From assembly GCF_006345805.1 (NCBI RefSeq), contig NC_042999.1:80352001-80416000 (forward strand): 64,000 nucleotides of DNA, given 5' to 3'. Source of the stretch: Octopus sinensis. Lineage: Eukaryota. Under the pieces are notes generated by a model. It made no database searches. It was not told the DNA's origin and saw only the letters and a list, made by a program, of their open reading frames with translations. Below are positions 26,330 through 40,668 of this stretch, one piece after another. Both the position numbers and the translations under genes were made by a program. The number at the start of each line of letters is the position of its first letter. The stretch's first letter is position 1.

Positions 26330-26660
26330 ACACTAACGCACGGATGTAGTGGTAAACGTACAAAAGGTTTAAAATTTAATCATGTATTCACTCTCTACAA
26401 ATACTTGACAGAAAATATTCAGAGCATTGATTGTTTGGACATGTTCAGTCAAACGCAACAGCTTTAACTTACGTCGCCAAATATTGCCACGGGTTACTAA
26501 CACACGAACATAGAGGGGATCATACAAACATTTCGAAGAGCAGTCTTGTGACTATTCTCTACCAAACAAATCCTATTCAAAACATATACTAACTTGACCC
26601 ATGACCTTCCTATAAAAATAGGTCAAGCTTCAAACATTAGTCAGAAGCAACAGAGCTACA
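26330..26660 (+). mobile_element. Old SINE-like repeat (family E), copy 1
   Basis: ~280 bp clearly homologous to 27675-27955 (cacttgacagaaaa.attcagagc.ttga.tgtt.ggacatgttcagtcaaacgc ... aaacattagtcagaagca.cagagc). Confidence 0.7.
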
Positions 26661-26689
26661 CGTCTTTCTATTTCAACATTTGGAAAATC

Positions 26690-27010
26690 AGTGTAAACTG
26701 TGAAACCGGTTAAAGTTTTAGATATATTAGTAAAAAATATGTTAACTATTCTCAGTGTATTTTCAGTTTCTATTTTCCTATATTACTACCCGTCTGGAAT
26801 TAAATAACTTTGTTTACTACATATCTGCAAGTTTTCTTTGTTCTTTGCTTTCAATTTCTCTCTGTATATGTTCTAATATCATTTTCTGTTGAAGACCGTA
26901 GGCTTGAAACGTAAACGACTTTTTCATTTTCCCTGGCGTCAAACTAATACACCTGCTTGTTGTTCATACACCTACCTTCGTATTTAGCTTTTCTATAAAT
27001 TTCAGCTATA
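26690..27010 (+). mobile_element. PLE terminal-repeat-like segment with degenerate hammerhead-like motif
   Basis: TTGAAGA-CCGTAGGCTT-GAAAC-GTA at ~26889-26913; runs into a (TA)n tract; lies downstream of the PLE at 25060. Confidence 0.55.
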
Positions 27011-27039
27011 TATATATATTTCGGTGCGAATGATTATAT

Positions 27040-27058
27040 ATATATGAATATATATATA

Positions 27059-27149
<91 letters not shown>

Positions 27150-27259
27150 TATACATATATATATATACATAAATATATATACATATGTATATATATATAT
27201 ATATACTTATATATACATATTATATATATATATGCATATATATGCATATATATATACGA

Positions 27260-27300
<41 letters not shown>

Positions 27301-27380
27301 TATATATAATATATATATATGCACATATACATATATATATATATACACACACACACATATATATACATATATATATACAT

Positions 27381-27412
<32 letters not shown>

Positions 27413-27590
27413 ATATATATATATATGCATATATATACATATATATATGCGAATATACATATATATATATATATATATACATACATATATATATATAGAT
27501 ATATATATATATACACATATATATACATATATATATATGTCTGTGTGTGTGTACATATATATACACACACAGAAACATATATATATATAT
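27040..27590. repeat. Long cryptic (TA)n array containing a ~200-bp internal duplication
   Basis: Interrupting markers CATAAAT, CTTAT and CGAATATAC recur at offsets of ~210, ~204 and ~193 bp. Confidence 0.9.
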
Positions 27591-27616
27591 GTCTACACCC
27601 GCCACACATATATAAT

Positions 27617-27955
27617 GAGGGCGCATAGTTTAGCGGTTAGGGTGTTGCATAACGATCTAGTGGACGTGAAGTCAATCATGTGTTCACTCTGTGCAAACAC
27701 TTGACAGAAAACATTCAGAGCGTTGACTGTTCGGACATGTTCAGTCAAACGCGAGAGCCTAAACTTTCGACGCCAAACAGTGTCATGATGTACTAATACA
27801 AGGCCGTAGCATGGAAAATGCGAATATTTCTAAGACCAGTCATGTGACTATACTCTTTCAAACAAATCCTATCCACAACATATGCTAATTTGAACCATGA
27901 ACTTCCTATTAAAATAGGGCAAACTTCAAACATTAGTCAGAAGCAGCAGAGCCTA
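27617..27955 (+). mobile_element. Old SINE-like repeat (family E), copy 2 with degenerate tRNA-like head
   Basis: Head GGGCGCATAGTTTAGCGGTTAGGG resembles an A box; body homologous to 26380-26660. Confidence 0.7.
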
Positions 27956-28153
27956 GACCGGGTGGTGCATTATGTTCTTGAATAAAACACTACATCTCAC
28001 ATTGCTTTGCAATTAATTTGACACCTGATGCGTGCTACATCGTGGGCCTTGTTAGAAAACGTCGATTTGATAGAGTGAGCTAATGTTTGACACGAATAAC
28101 AAATATGTGATCATTAAAAAACAAATCATTTGTACCGGTCGTTCGGCAAGAAG

Positions 28154-28219
<66 letters not shown>

Positions 28220-28513
28220 GTGTGTGTGTGTGTTGTGTGTGTGTGTGTGTGTGGTGTGTGTGTGTGTCTGTCTGTCTGTCTGTAAGGTGTGTGTGTATTT
28301 ATCTTTCTATGCATGTATGTATATATTTATACTATGCAAATATTCTTTTAAAAATATTTCTTTAATTTTTTTCCAAATTTAATTGTTTTCCATACTTACA
28401 GTTGAAAAAGTCTCAATGACTGGAACTGGTACTGAAAAGTTTTTTTATAAAATTATTTTAGCATTTTCTACCTTGACTTGTTTCCCATATATTTATATAT
28501 ACATATATGTATA

Positions 28514-28560
<47 letters not shown>

Positions 28561-28569
28561 ATATATATA

Positions 28570-29110
28570 TGAAAGAACAACAGCTGTCAGAACTCTGAGG
28601 AATGCACATTATCGAACTGCCACATCAATGACCATTAATTGTGCCAGATGACCTATGTTGTATGCGAGATCATCTGTGGCAAATGTGACGCAGCCTACAA
28701 TGGAAGCACAACATGAAAACTGCATGTATGCATTAAGGAACGCATACAGGCAGACACGTCCGTAAAGAAACATCTACGAATATGTCAGACCCGGGAATTC
28801 ACAGTGCACATCAAGGTAACACAGCGGAACAAGGGCAATGTTAGAATCTCTGAGGCCATCTTCATACACCAAAAGAAACCTAAGATCAACTAGAGAAGAG
28901 AGTTACAGGAAGTTAGCTGGTTGCTATAAGAACACCTATCTGCGCATGACCATTCTACACATGTTCAGACATACGCACGTCACCAGCATTTCTTAATTTC
29001 TTGAAAATGGGGTAACAACCCCGAAATATTGAATACAAGGTGAGTCTATATTAATTGATATGTTTGCCTTGCATTTACTTCGCATTGTTTTGGCCTTACC
29101 CACGTTCATT
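28570..29110 (+). mobile_element. Penelope-like 3' fragment: GIY-YIG domain plus terminal region
   Basis: VVCEIICGKCDAAYNGSTT*KLHVCIKERI...SVKKHL...RISEAIFIHQKKPKIN. Followed by hammerhead-like CTTGAAAAT-GGGGT-AACA-ACCCC-GAAATATT at ~29000-29030. Confidence 0.8.
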
Positions 29111-29113
29111 TAT

Positions 29114-30050
<937 letters not shown>

Positions 30051-30083
30051 TGCATATACATACCTACACACACACACACACAT

Positions 30084-30126
<43 letters not shown>

Positions 30127-30214
30127 ATACATATATATATGTATGTATATATATTATGTGTATTATATGATTGAACATGACGCATCCATTTCCAAGTAAG
30201 TTTATCTTATATGT

Positions 30215-30740
30215 ATATATGTACTTCTCACCAGTCTCATGGTATTATGGCCTTGCGCGACATCATGACGGTGAATCATCTTGTACGGACGGGACCCTCC
30301 GTCAGCACTCGTTATGTCGATGTTCGGCTTATTTTCCCTGTGGCAGCCAATTCTTGGCGGAACGACGAGGATTTCGCCGTATCTTTTCTCCGGTACTTTT
30401 GATACGCTGAGGGGTCTGCACACTTCTTTTTCGGTCACGTCCAGGTCAATCAGCATTGGAAACCGTATCTTGAAATTTCTTAGCAATTTCCCAGACTACT
30501 GTTCGGTAAATTTTAAGCTTCTTTGCTATAGTTGTATTACTTTCGCCTCCTTTGTTGAGGGCTGTGATTGTATTTCGATCTATAGCCATTATCTAATTTA
30601 TTGATCTGAATGTATTTAGTATGAAATAAAAAGAAGACACACTAATCTTTTATAATGATGTATAATTTTCATATCTTATCACATTTATTGACATTTAGCA
30701 CTGCTCCAAACGTCGGTTGCCTTAATTTTGGAAAACCCTG
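30215..30740 (-). mobile_element. Tc1/maT-type transposon 5' fragment (TIR + HTH region)
   Basis: TA|CAGGGTTTTCCAAAATTAAGG terminus at 30740. MAIDRNTITALNKGGESNTTIAKKLKIYRTVV...IRRNPRRSA...PYK is a typical paired-like HTH. Confidence 0.8.
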
Positions 30741-30741
<1 letters not shown>

Positions 30742-30772
<31 letters not shown>

Positions 30773-30850
30773 TGTATGTATGTATGTATGTATGTATGTA
30801 TGTATGTATGTACGTATGTATGTATGTATATATGTATGTATTACGTACGT
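30742..30850. repeat. (TATG)n tetranucleotide microsatellite at the transposon end
   Basis: Directly visible. Confidence 0.95.
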
Positions 30851-30894
30851 ATGTATGTATATATATACACATATGTGTGTATGTATATATATAT

Positions 30895-31007
30895 CATGTG
30901 ATCACGTGACCGACCAGACCATCAGATGTTGTTACACATCGCTGGTCACAATGCGTTCGCATTGTTTTAGCCTTCGAATGACGCCACCCCGCTGGCTAAG
31001 CGAGCAG

Positions 31008-31010
<3 letters not shown>
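30895..31010. repeat. Short interspersed repeat module embedded in TA tracts
   Basis: catgtgatcacgtgaccgaccag...ctggctaagcgagcaggcc; I recall it as a high-copy octopus repeat. Single copy here, class unknown. Confidence 0.45.
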
Positions 31011-31047
<37 letters not shown>

Positions 31048-31155
31048 CGTATCTCTGTATGTGTGTCTCTCTTTCTGTCTGTCTCTCTCTCTGTCTCTCT
31101 CTATATATATACATACATACATATACATATATATATCATAATACACAGACACACG

Positions 31156-31187
<32 letters not shown>

Positions 31188-31998
31188 TGAGAGTAATATG
31201 TACATTTTCACACCAAGAAGCAACCCAGCCATGTTCACTTTTAGAAAAACAGTTTCATTTTTAAAAAAATGCCACCCAAACTGATTACCCTTGCTTCTGA
31301 TAAGTCGTCCAGCTATCAACTGATCATTAAAACAATGAGTATTCTCGAGTCAAAATTTCTTTGCATTCGCTAAACGATTATTTGTTCATTAATTTTCATA
31401 CACATGAATTCTATATTAAACCTTTTATATGAAGCACTATATATATGCAACTACATGTGATACAATGTTCAGCCTATTAAGCTTGAGGTTCAATTAGATT
31501 TTCGTACGTGAAAATAGAACAATCCAAGAGCCAACAGCAACAATGATTTAAAGTGCACCGTACAAATGTAGGTACATACACATACATATAGTGAAGTATA
31601 GAGGATGTACACAGTTACACGGAAGAACACATACATGCGCATACACTCACATGCAAATTCTGACTTACCCTACTAATATACGCCTGAATTATACTGTGAG
31701 TTGAGATTCGATAATGAACGGAAATTCTCGCATGCCATTCCACGCATACATGTGTAAAATAAACATATGGAGATTCATTTCACATGTACATGGGCAAAGC
31801 ATAAAGTCCTCAAATCAAACATATATAAATTAATATAAATGTAAATTTATACGCAGGACATCTCCCTCATACTTTACCTATTTCCATGTGTGTACAAGCA
31901 CAAATACATACATATATGTATACATAACTAAATACATTCGCATACGCACACACGCCACACACACACATATGGAAAGTCAGGTATGTGTATACATATGC

Positions 31999-32044
<46 letters not shown>

Positions 32045-32118
32045 TTAAGTAACATCTGTATATATGTATATATATATATATATATGCTACGTATTATCGC
32101 TATATATATACATACACA

Positions 32119-32159
<41 letters not shown>

Positions 32160-32821
32160 TATGTATGATATATATATATACATATGTATATATATGTATA
32201 TATGTATACATGTGTAAATATGTATACCTATCAGCACGCGCATACACAAACACACAGACACAGACACTGACACACACGCATACATGCGTAGTATGCGTGA
32301 ATATATGTATGTGTGCCTGAGAGTATGCATCGAAAACATTAAAATGAAGATTAAAACTTGAAATGAGAAACGGGGAAAAAAAACTGGAACAAGTATAACG
32401 AAAGCAGTAAAAGAATGTACAATAAAGTAAAGAATAAAAAGAATATAATGAAAAAAAATACGAAGAAAAGAAAAAGAAAAGGGGGAAAAACGGATTTAAT
32501 TGAGAATTCTATTCAAGAATAGTTTTGGAGATAAACATTCTTAATTTCTTTGCTTTTAGAAGTTTATAAATGTCGATTGCTGCTGTCTGCTGGTGTCCTT
32601 TGTGTTAAGGTCTTAAAAACACAGACAAAAAGACCAAAAGACAAAGAAACAAAGAGAGAACCTTTATGATGGCTATTCAACTCGGAATTGTCAAAAAAGA
32701 AATATAAATCATAAAGTATAAAACAAAGAGAAAAAAAGAAAGAAAAAAACAACTAAAAATGAATAAATACGTATAATATTGATAGATAGCTTACCAGCAG
32801 ATGTGAAAGGAATCAAGATAA

Positions 32822-32828
32822 TACTTGC

Positions 32829-32875
<47 letters not shown>

Positions 32876-32925
32876 CAATTGTTAAGATGATGGTGAATAT
32901 GGCGACGGCGATGATGATGATGATG

Positions 32926-32980
<55 letters not shown>

Positions 32981-32995
32981 TAATAATAATAGTAA
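32822..32995. repeat. (AAT)n/(GAT)n trinucleotide array
   Basis: Directly visible. Confidence 0.96.
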
Positions 32996-33422
32996 ATGAT
33001 GGACATTACTTTATAAATCAACAAATACAACTACGAAAATCTATGAAAGGAATCATATTTCGCATAGAAATTCCAAATGATGAAGAAAGCTAAGAATAGT
33101 AAAAATATAATCAAACAAAACAAATCATTGGAAAGAGAATAAGAATGAAAAGAATGTAATTCGAAAATAGAAGAAAAAGAAACGAGGAAAATCATAAAAG
33201 AAGAAAGAAAGAGGAGTAGAAAGATAAGAAGGTATGAGGATGAGGAGGGAGACCAGGAGAAATAAGAGTTAGAAAAGACAAGATAAAGGGTCCAACCCCA
33301 AACCAATTTAGTTGCCAACTACACTCTTATGTGTGAAGCAAAAGTTAGTACAGGCGTACACATAGTATGTATATAGATGCTCTCTCCATCTCTCACTCTC
33401 TGCATGTGTGCATATATGTGTG

Positions 33423-33640
<218 letters not shown>

Positions 33641-35409
33641 ATGCATACATATACAGACAAACACGCACAGGCACAAACACACACATATAGATGCGTACGC
33701 ATACATATATATTTATGGTTATGTGTGTACAAGTTTCTGTGTTCGTGTATACATATCCGCCTTCATCCTTACACATATACACATGTAAGAATACATACAT
33801 ACATGTATACATATGAATATACATATAAATATTTATATATATGTATATATATATAATAATATAATATAATATATATATATATATATATACATATATATAT
33901 GCATACATATGTATACACGCACTTGTATATAGATTCATACATATATGCATTATAAAGTTTCTGATTAGGTGACACAAACACAGACATTTTCAGCAGTTCA
34001 AGCGGAGGTTGGTAATATCAAATCACCAACATTGGTTGGTACTGTTCTCCTTTCATGTTGATACACTTATCTAATTACACGGTCAAATGGTCATTTATAT
34101 TTTTCAGTTTTTTTTTATATAAATATATTGCATTGATGGGAGATTCTGAAAAAGGTCAGAGGCCCATATGGCTTAAGAGATTATAGAGTACTATATATGT
34201 ATGTATGAATATTCATAAGAGTATCTATATATGATTCTAAATATATGTATGTGTACGTATATATGTGTGTCTGTATGTTTGTGTGTGTGCATGTGTATGT
34301 GTGTATAAGCGTGTGCATTATTCTTATTTATATGTGTAAATACAAATATACACTCATATATGTATATGAATGCAGATATATATGCAGACGTATAAATACA
34401 TGGGTATATAAATATATGTATATTGTACATTTATGTATGTATCTATGCCTATATGGATCGGTTGTCACACACGCACATAGCGGCATGCAAATATACGTGT
34501 ATGTATAGTTGTATGCGTGTATCTACGCGAGTGATAACATTTTTTTATTGGAAGATATATGTACATATGAATATTTATATATGTGTCAAAAATATATCTG
34601 TAGGAAGTTATTGTTGCTTACAAACTCTCACACACACTCACTCATACATATACATACCTAGACACATATTTATTTGCTTCTCGACATATGAATATGATGC
34701 AAATATGAAGTCTCCAAATACTTTCGTTTCTATTACTTTTTCCATACGATATAAGTACTGCTCAGTGTAGTTCACAGTTTCTCCATTATATATACGAAGC
34801 CAAGTATATATTGGAGCACATGCCTGCAAAAACAGACGCTTATTGCACATACTTAATACATTAGATACATTTATCTTAAATACATTTATCTATAAAGGCT
34901 CTCATAGATTTTGGTTTTTCCTTTCCTTTCCTGCCTTCCCCCTTTCTATATATTAACCTTACTCTCTTTTCATTTCTTACTTTCTCGTTCTCTTTATGCA
35001 TATACACACAAGGGTCCCAGATAACGGTGACAACTGAAGGAAGCCACCAAGGAAGCAGGCACCGCTGCTGAAACTAGATCAGGGTGGCTATGGTTGATAT
35101 GAGACCGCAGGTGGAACACTTCAGTAGATGAAGACTAGTACAGTCTTCGTTGCCCCACTGAGTTGTAGCGTATAGGTTAAGGGCCAAAGCGCTTATGACC
35201 CTGAGATGCCTGTTGATGCCCACTATGGGAGGGTTTTCAGCATTGTGATGGATTTACAAGAGCTACAAAACCCCTGAGTAGCTCCTGCTGTCTCTTCGTG
35301 GGGATATGCATCTCTGATTTTTATTTAGCCCATATATATATATATAAATTAACAGAATGAGATGAAAAAAAACAAAGATGTGAAAGTTTTCAGAACATTT
35401 ATAAATAGG

Positions 35410-35455
35410 TCTTCCAGGTGTTTCCTGGATATTTTATGTATCCCTTCATCAGAGA
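35410..35455 (-). ncRNA. Degenerate type I hammerhead-like motif (cleavage triplet mutated)
   Basis: TCT-CTGATGA-AG-GGATA-CATAAAA-TATCC-AG-GAAAC-ACCT-GGA-AGA. The core and a 5-bp stem II are present, but U16.1 is lost. Confidence 0.5.
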
Positions 35456-36429
35456 TGGTGCGAGAAAATGTTTAAGTAATGGTTGTTATAGAGAAGATAT
35501 GAAATACAGAGTGAAGTGGAGGAATGAAAATAGACGTGAGATATGTAAGGATATTGTATCTAGAGTTCCATTATTTAAGCAAAATGGTGTATGTGCAAGA
35601 GTTACGGAATGAGGTGTGGGAAATCCGGGCTACGTATATTTCATAGAAATTGGAACCCCAGAAGTAGTAAAATCCAAGTGAGGCGTAAACCGCCAGCTAC
35701 TTTTCAGGCCAAGGATATCTTGATTAAATAGGCTACATTGTTGACTCAAATATTCCATCAAAATGTGTGGAGGACAACAGTGTGTGTGGCATATATAAAT
35801 GAGGAGAGAAAGAAATAACAGAAGGGAAGAAAGAAAGAAGAGAAAGAAAAATAAATAAATAAATAAAATAAAATAAAATAAGCGAGAAAAGAGGAATTGG
35901 ACGGGTCAATGTAGATAATATAGTATTTTTTAGCTTAATCTTAGAATTCAGTAGTGGGATTGGCATTTGAAGAGTAATTAGTGGAATTGGCATTTGAAGA
36001 GTAATTGGAAAGGAGAAGGTGGGGACATATTTTTGGCAGTCGGGAACTAAATAAGGTATGTATGAATAGAGCAAGGTAGGGGGGGGGGGCGGTTGAGCAC
36101 GGCTAGTGGCTTTTACGGTCAAAAGGCGTAAATTAGCACAAGAAAAAAAAGAAAAGAAAACTGAAGTGGTGAAAGTCTATGTAGGCGTTTGTATTTTTTC
36201 GTTTAAGGGTAAGAGGGGTAGGAGGGAGAAGAAATATAAAGAAAGAAATATATTTTAGGTAGTAAAATACGGATAGAAAATTGTAATTGGCGATTAAGGA
36301 ATTAAAAAGGGAGAAAAATATTGTTGGTTTAATTCGTAGTGGTAGTGAGGGCGGATGAGTGAGAAATATAATAAGTTATATAAGCATTTTACTCTCGCTA
36401 ACCGTACCATACATGCCATCCCCAATAAA

Positions 36430-36930
36430 AGAAATCTTGAGGTTCTCTGTCAATCACAGGTTATTGAAATTCATAAGCTATGAAGAAGTGAGACGACATC
36501 AATCCTTTGTTTCTAAAGCAAAATGAACGTTCACATTTCATTCTGTCATCAGATCGTAAAAGATAACATGTTTTATTCGCATCAGATCGTAAACATGTTT
36601 TTATTGGCTTCAGATGCTTCTTATAAAGGAGAAAAGGCTTCCACTTTGCCCTCTTTCTTACTAGTTGTCTCTGTCGAGGTACCAAGTTTTAATATATTTT
36701 CCGATATCCAAAGTCTTCTACCGTGCGCAATAATCTACTGTGACCACGGTTCACTTGTGTACCAAGGTCATAGATTGTGATTCGTCTGTCTGCAAATCAA
36801 TTCTCCTACTGGCGGTCAGTTCGTGTCACTGTTCACAGATGACGCTATCCCGCTGCATATTTTATCTCCAATGCTGCTTTCCTTTCCTCAAAGTTCATTC
36901 ATCTCTGTCCTTTGCCTTTGTCGATGATAC
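36430..36930 (-). mobile_element. Decayed mariner transposase fragment (second HTH to WVP region)
   Basis: DRRITIYDLG...FGYRKIY*NLVPRQ resembles RRIT..E.A...LGYRK...WVP. Confidence 0.6.
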
Positions 36931-38964
36931 AATTTCGGTATAAAAACTAGTAAAGTAAGAATAACATTAAGTAAATATGCAAATTGAATAACATCTGTCA
37001 GTTAATGAGGCTTTCAAATTTTATTATACACAAATTTTGTGTATAATGCACATACTCGTACGCACAGTTAATATATAGTCGTGTATATACAGATACTGAT
37101 AAATATATTTAGTGGCATAACACACCAGGAGTCTCTAGCGAACACACTATACAATTTTTCTTCCTCCCTATTCTCACTCTCTCTTTCTCCCTGTCTCCCT
37201 CTACAAAAATATAACCCGATATTTAGAAACACGCTGGGCTATATGCGATTTACAAAATGAAAATCTCACTGTATCAGCTATCAGCCAATCTATCGCACTA
37301 ACCTCCAGTATCTCAACAATCATGAACCGCTTGCAATATCTCTCCCACTTCAACGGTCACCAGATCAGCTACAAAAGCTAGTTTTCTTTATCATCATCTG
37401 AAAACATTTCAGTTTGAGAACAGTCACTAACCAACTATAAAACAAAATTACTATCCTTCGCGGAGTTATCAAAAGAATTCCGAAACATGTCTACGATATG
37501 CAAATATAAAATCACAAAAAATGTCACAGCTTTGTTTTGAATAAAAATAGTCACAAAACTTCGTCGGAAAAAGTCACAAGAAATAGCGTGTTTAGTGAAA
37601 ATAATGATATAAAATTTCATTAAGAATATGTTGAGTCGCTCCTTAACTGTCAATACATGGTATGTACACAACATAATTGGTATAGTGAATATGAGAAAAA
37701 TCCTTTCATTCAATGTCTTGAATTAATTAAATAAAAAATGAAATTAAGTTATAAAAAATTTCCTATGGCGTCTATGATATATTTCTGGTGATATGTTTTC
37801 CTAGATTAACGTCGACTACAAACCAACAAGCGTGTTCTTTCTAGGTATCTTTACTTGTATTGTTCTAAGAACTGTTATCGCTTACACCTAGCAATTTGAA
37901 TACCATTTCTGTCAATAGCTGTTATTAGCAGATTATTCCAAATGTCTCACTGCTTAATTCCTGTACAATGTATTTTTCCAATTTTTTCTTTCGTTTCCGT
38001 GAAACGGGAAATAGTAGAATATTTTTCGGTGCACAACTTCTCTATAAGTTCAAACTTATAAGCAATATATTAGTCATCGGAAGTACCAGCAAATATCATG
38101 GACACTGAACATTAAAGCTTATAGAAAGTGCATGGAGATACAACCATAAACTCTCTCAACATTGATTCGATAGCAAAACAGAATTTGATTTTTTTGACAA
38201 TATAAGTATCTATTTCAGGAGACGCGGAAGAGAATTCCGTACACATTTCTTCATTGTCAATCGCATTGCTCAAATGCCAAAGAGTTTTTGCTTTATAATA
38301 TCTATCAATATTGGCAGTTAAATTTGAGCATATAATTCAAAGAAGATACGTTTATAGAAGATGTGAAGCAGTAGACTGATTCGATCAGTTGCTGCTTTAT
38401 AAAGATAAATGCATGGCCAAGCTATTTGATAAAGAGAAGCAAATATAAATCTAAGTTCTTTTGAAATTATATTTTTAAGCAAGAAAATATAACGCAACGT
38501 AATTTTACTGATCTAAATAGAAAGATTAAGATCTGCTTGCAGAAGGCTTTCAATGGTTTTCATTTTTTCTGGCTGAGAGGACGTTAACACTGTTTCCAGG
38601 ATGAGTATTTAGAATGTTCAGCAAAACACTGTGCTAGCTAAACACTGTACTAGTATGGAATTGCCCGAGAATGCCGCATACACAAATTTATTCGTAGAGT
38701 GGGGGAAAAAAGCTATGCATTTCAGTCCATCATATTTCCATTAAATGACTCGGTAACAAAATGAAGATATGTTAAAAGGTACTTACATTAGATACCTCAG
38801 AGATGGATTGGTAGCACGACAGTATGTTTCCGAAATGTGCTTCTTAGCCATTCGACCGTGTATAGGATCATGCATGCATAGTGCACATATTTATGCATAC
38901 ATTTGGTGCCCGGCTATATACACTTATAATGATGTACATATAGTCGAGTCAGCTGTCAAAAATG

Positions 38965-39140
38965 AGTTATGTCTGTTATTCAAAGGACCAGTCATATCAC
39001 GTTCTGTGACATGTTGAATTTCCCTGAGAACAACGTTAACGCTACGCGTGTTTGTGAAGTGCTCAGACTGTACATTAATTCCACGAGCCCGCTGATCGGA
39101 TAAACTGGAATACTCGTCGTGGAAACAGACGGAATGCCAA
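38965..39140 (+). mobile_element. Diverged 3' part of family-D SINE
   Basis: ttcaaagg.ccag...ctgagaac.acgttaa...gtgctcag...ctcgtcgt matches the tails at 15646-15820 and 22615-22785. Confidence 0.7.
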
Positions 39141-39473
39141 TTATAAATATGTTAAAACATGTGCCTGATAGTTTTCTGGAAAGGTTGAGTGAGACTATGT
39201 GTCTGTGTTTATAGATTGATTTTTCGCTATAGTCAGAAATATGTCTGGATATAGTCTTTTAACATGACATCAATTGTGGTTACATTCAAAGACCAACTTG
39301 CAACCTATCATTCAATATTTCTGTATATTACTTATAATGATAACTGCTACATCTGACACACACATACATGTATGTATACATATGTGTGTATAAGATTTGT
39401 ATGTGTAGGTGTGAATAGATGCAAATCCTCATATAAATGTGTGTGTGTATGTGTATATGTGTGTGCGTGCGAC

Positions 39474-39518
<45 letters not shown>

Positions 39519-39857
39519 CATGTGTATATATAAGTATATATGTATTCGAAACTTTTATAAAGAAAGGGTTGACAGTCACTTCAAAGTTTTAGATTGCTTT
39601 ATTTGCTTGTTTTTGGTCTTGCTCTTCGGCAAATCGTGTTTTTGTGTGGGGAGCTATTTGAAGTATAATTAGATGTAGTCTTGCCAGGCTGGGGAAGTGG
39701 TTGTAGAGGAAGAGGTGATAGAGGTGAAAGGAAAGCATGGTTTCGTAGGGTGTAAGTTAATAGAAAGTCGTGGCAAGCAAAGTTATTTAGAATGAGTTCC
39801 TGACCGAGCTTATGTGTGTATACATGTGTAGAATTGTGTATATGTACAACCATATGT

Positions 39858-40022
39858 GTATACTTCCATTGGTGCATGTGAATACTTATATGTTTATATG
39901 TGAGTATACACGTATGTATATAGGGGAAGTCATATGAGTAGGTATGTATATATATAATATATAAATATATATATACATATGTGTATATATATATATATGT
40001 ATATAAATATAATCAAAAGGGT

Positions 40023-40055
<33 letters not shown>

Positions 40056-40177
40056 CTTCCATTGGTGCATGTGAATACTTATATGTTTATATGTGAGTAT
40101 ATACGTATGTATATAGGAGAAGACATATGAGTAGGCATCTATATTTATAATATATAAATATATATATACATATGTGT

Positions 40178-40190
<13 letters not shown>
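39858..40190. repeat. Tandem duplication, ~193-bp period
   Basis: TACTTCCATTGGTGCATGTGAATACTTATATGTTTATATGTGAGTATA starts at both 39861 and 40054. Confidence 0.92.
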
Positions 40191-40211
<21 letters not shown>

Positions 40212-40269
40212 AATACACAATATGTGTAGATGTATGCACAATATTTATGTAAGTTCAATATATATATAA

Positions 40270-40311
<42 letters not shown>

Positions 40312-40668
40312 AATATATAATACATACGTACACACACACGCACACAAACACACATACATACGCGTATACATTTCCTCACAGGTAGATATACCTATGGAAA
40401 ATGTGCATCATCCTTATGCATTTATCGGCTGCACAGATAACGATATTCAGTTGCCTGATAGCATTGTCTACAATGAGATATCAATAAAATTGGCCAGACC
40501 CAAATTAGAGGTTAAAAATGTAAAAATTATTTATAGTGACAGTTTCCTAAATTTCAACAGTTCCAAAACATTTTCAAATTTCTTAAGAAAGATTTAATAT
40601 CACCAATATCAATTCAATCTCCAAATGAACAATGGGAACTGTAATCAACAGTGAATATTGGATATGTA

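Noticed and set aside
31669-31683. 15-nt minus-strand micro-exon (AGG|GTAAGT donor)
   Set aside because: Weak acceptor with no polypyrimidine tract; such matches are expected by chance in 64 kb.
32560-32830. Minus-strand two-exon pair with a ~180-bp intron (GTAAGC ... TTTTAAG)
   Set aside because: The upstream exon is microsatellite-derived and the peptide is unrecognisable; no independent support.
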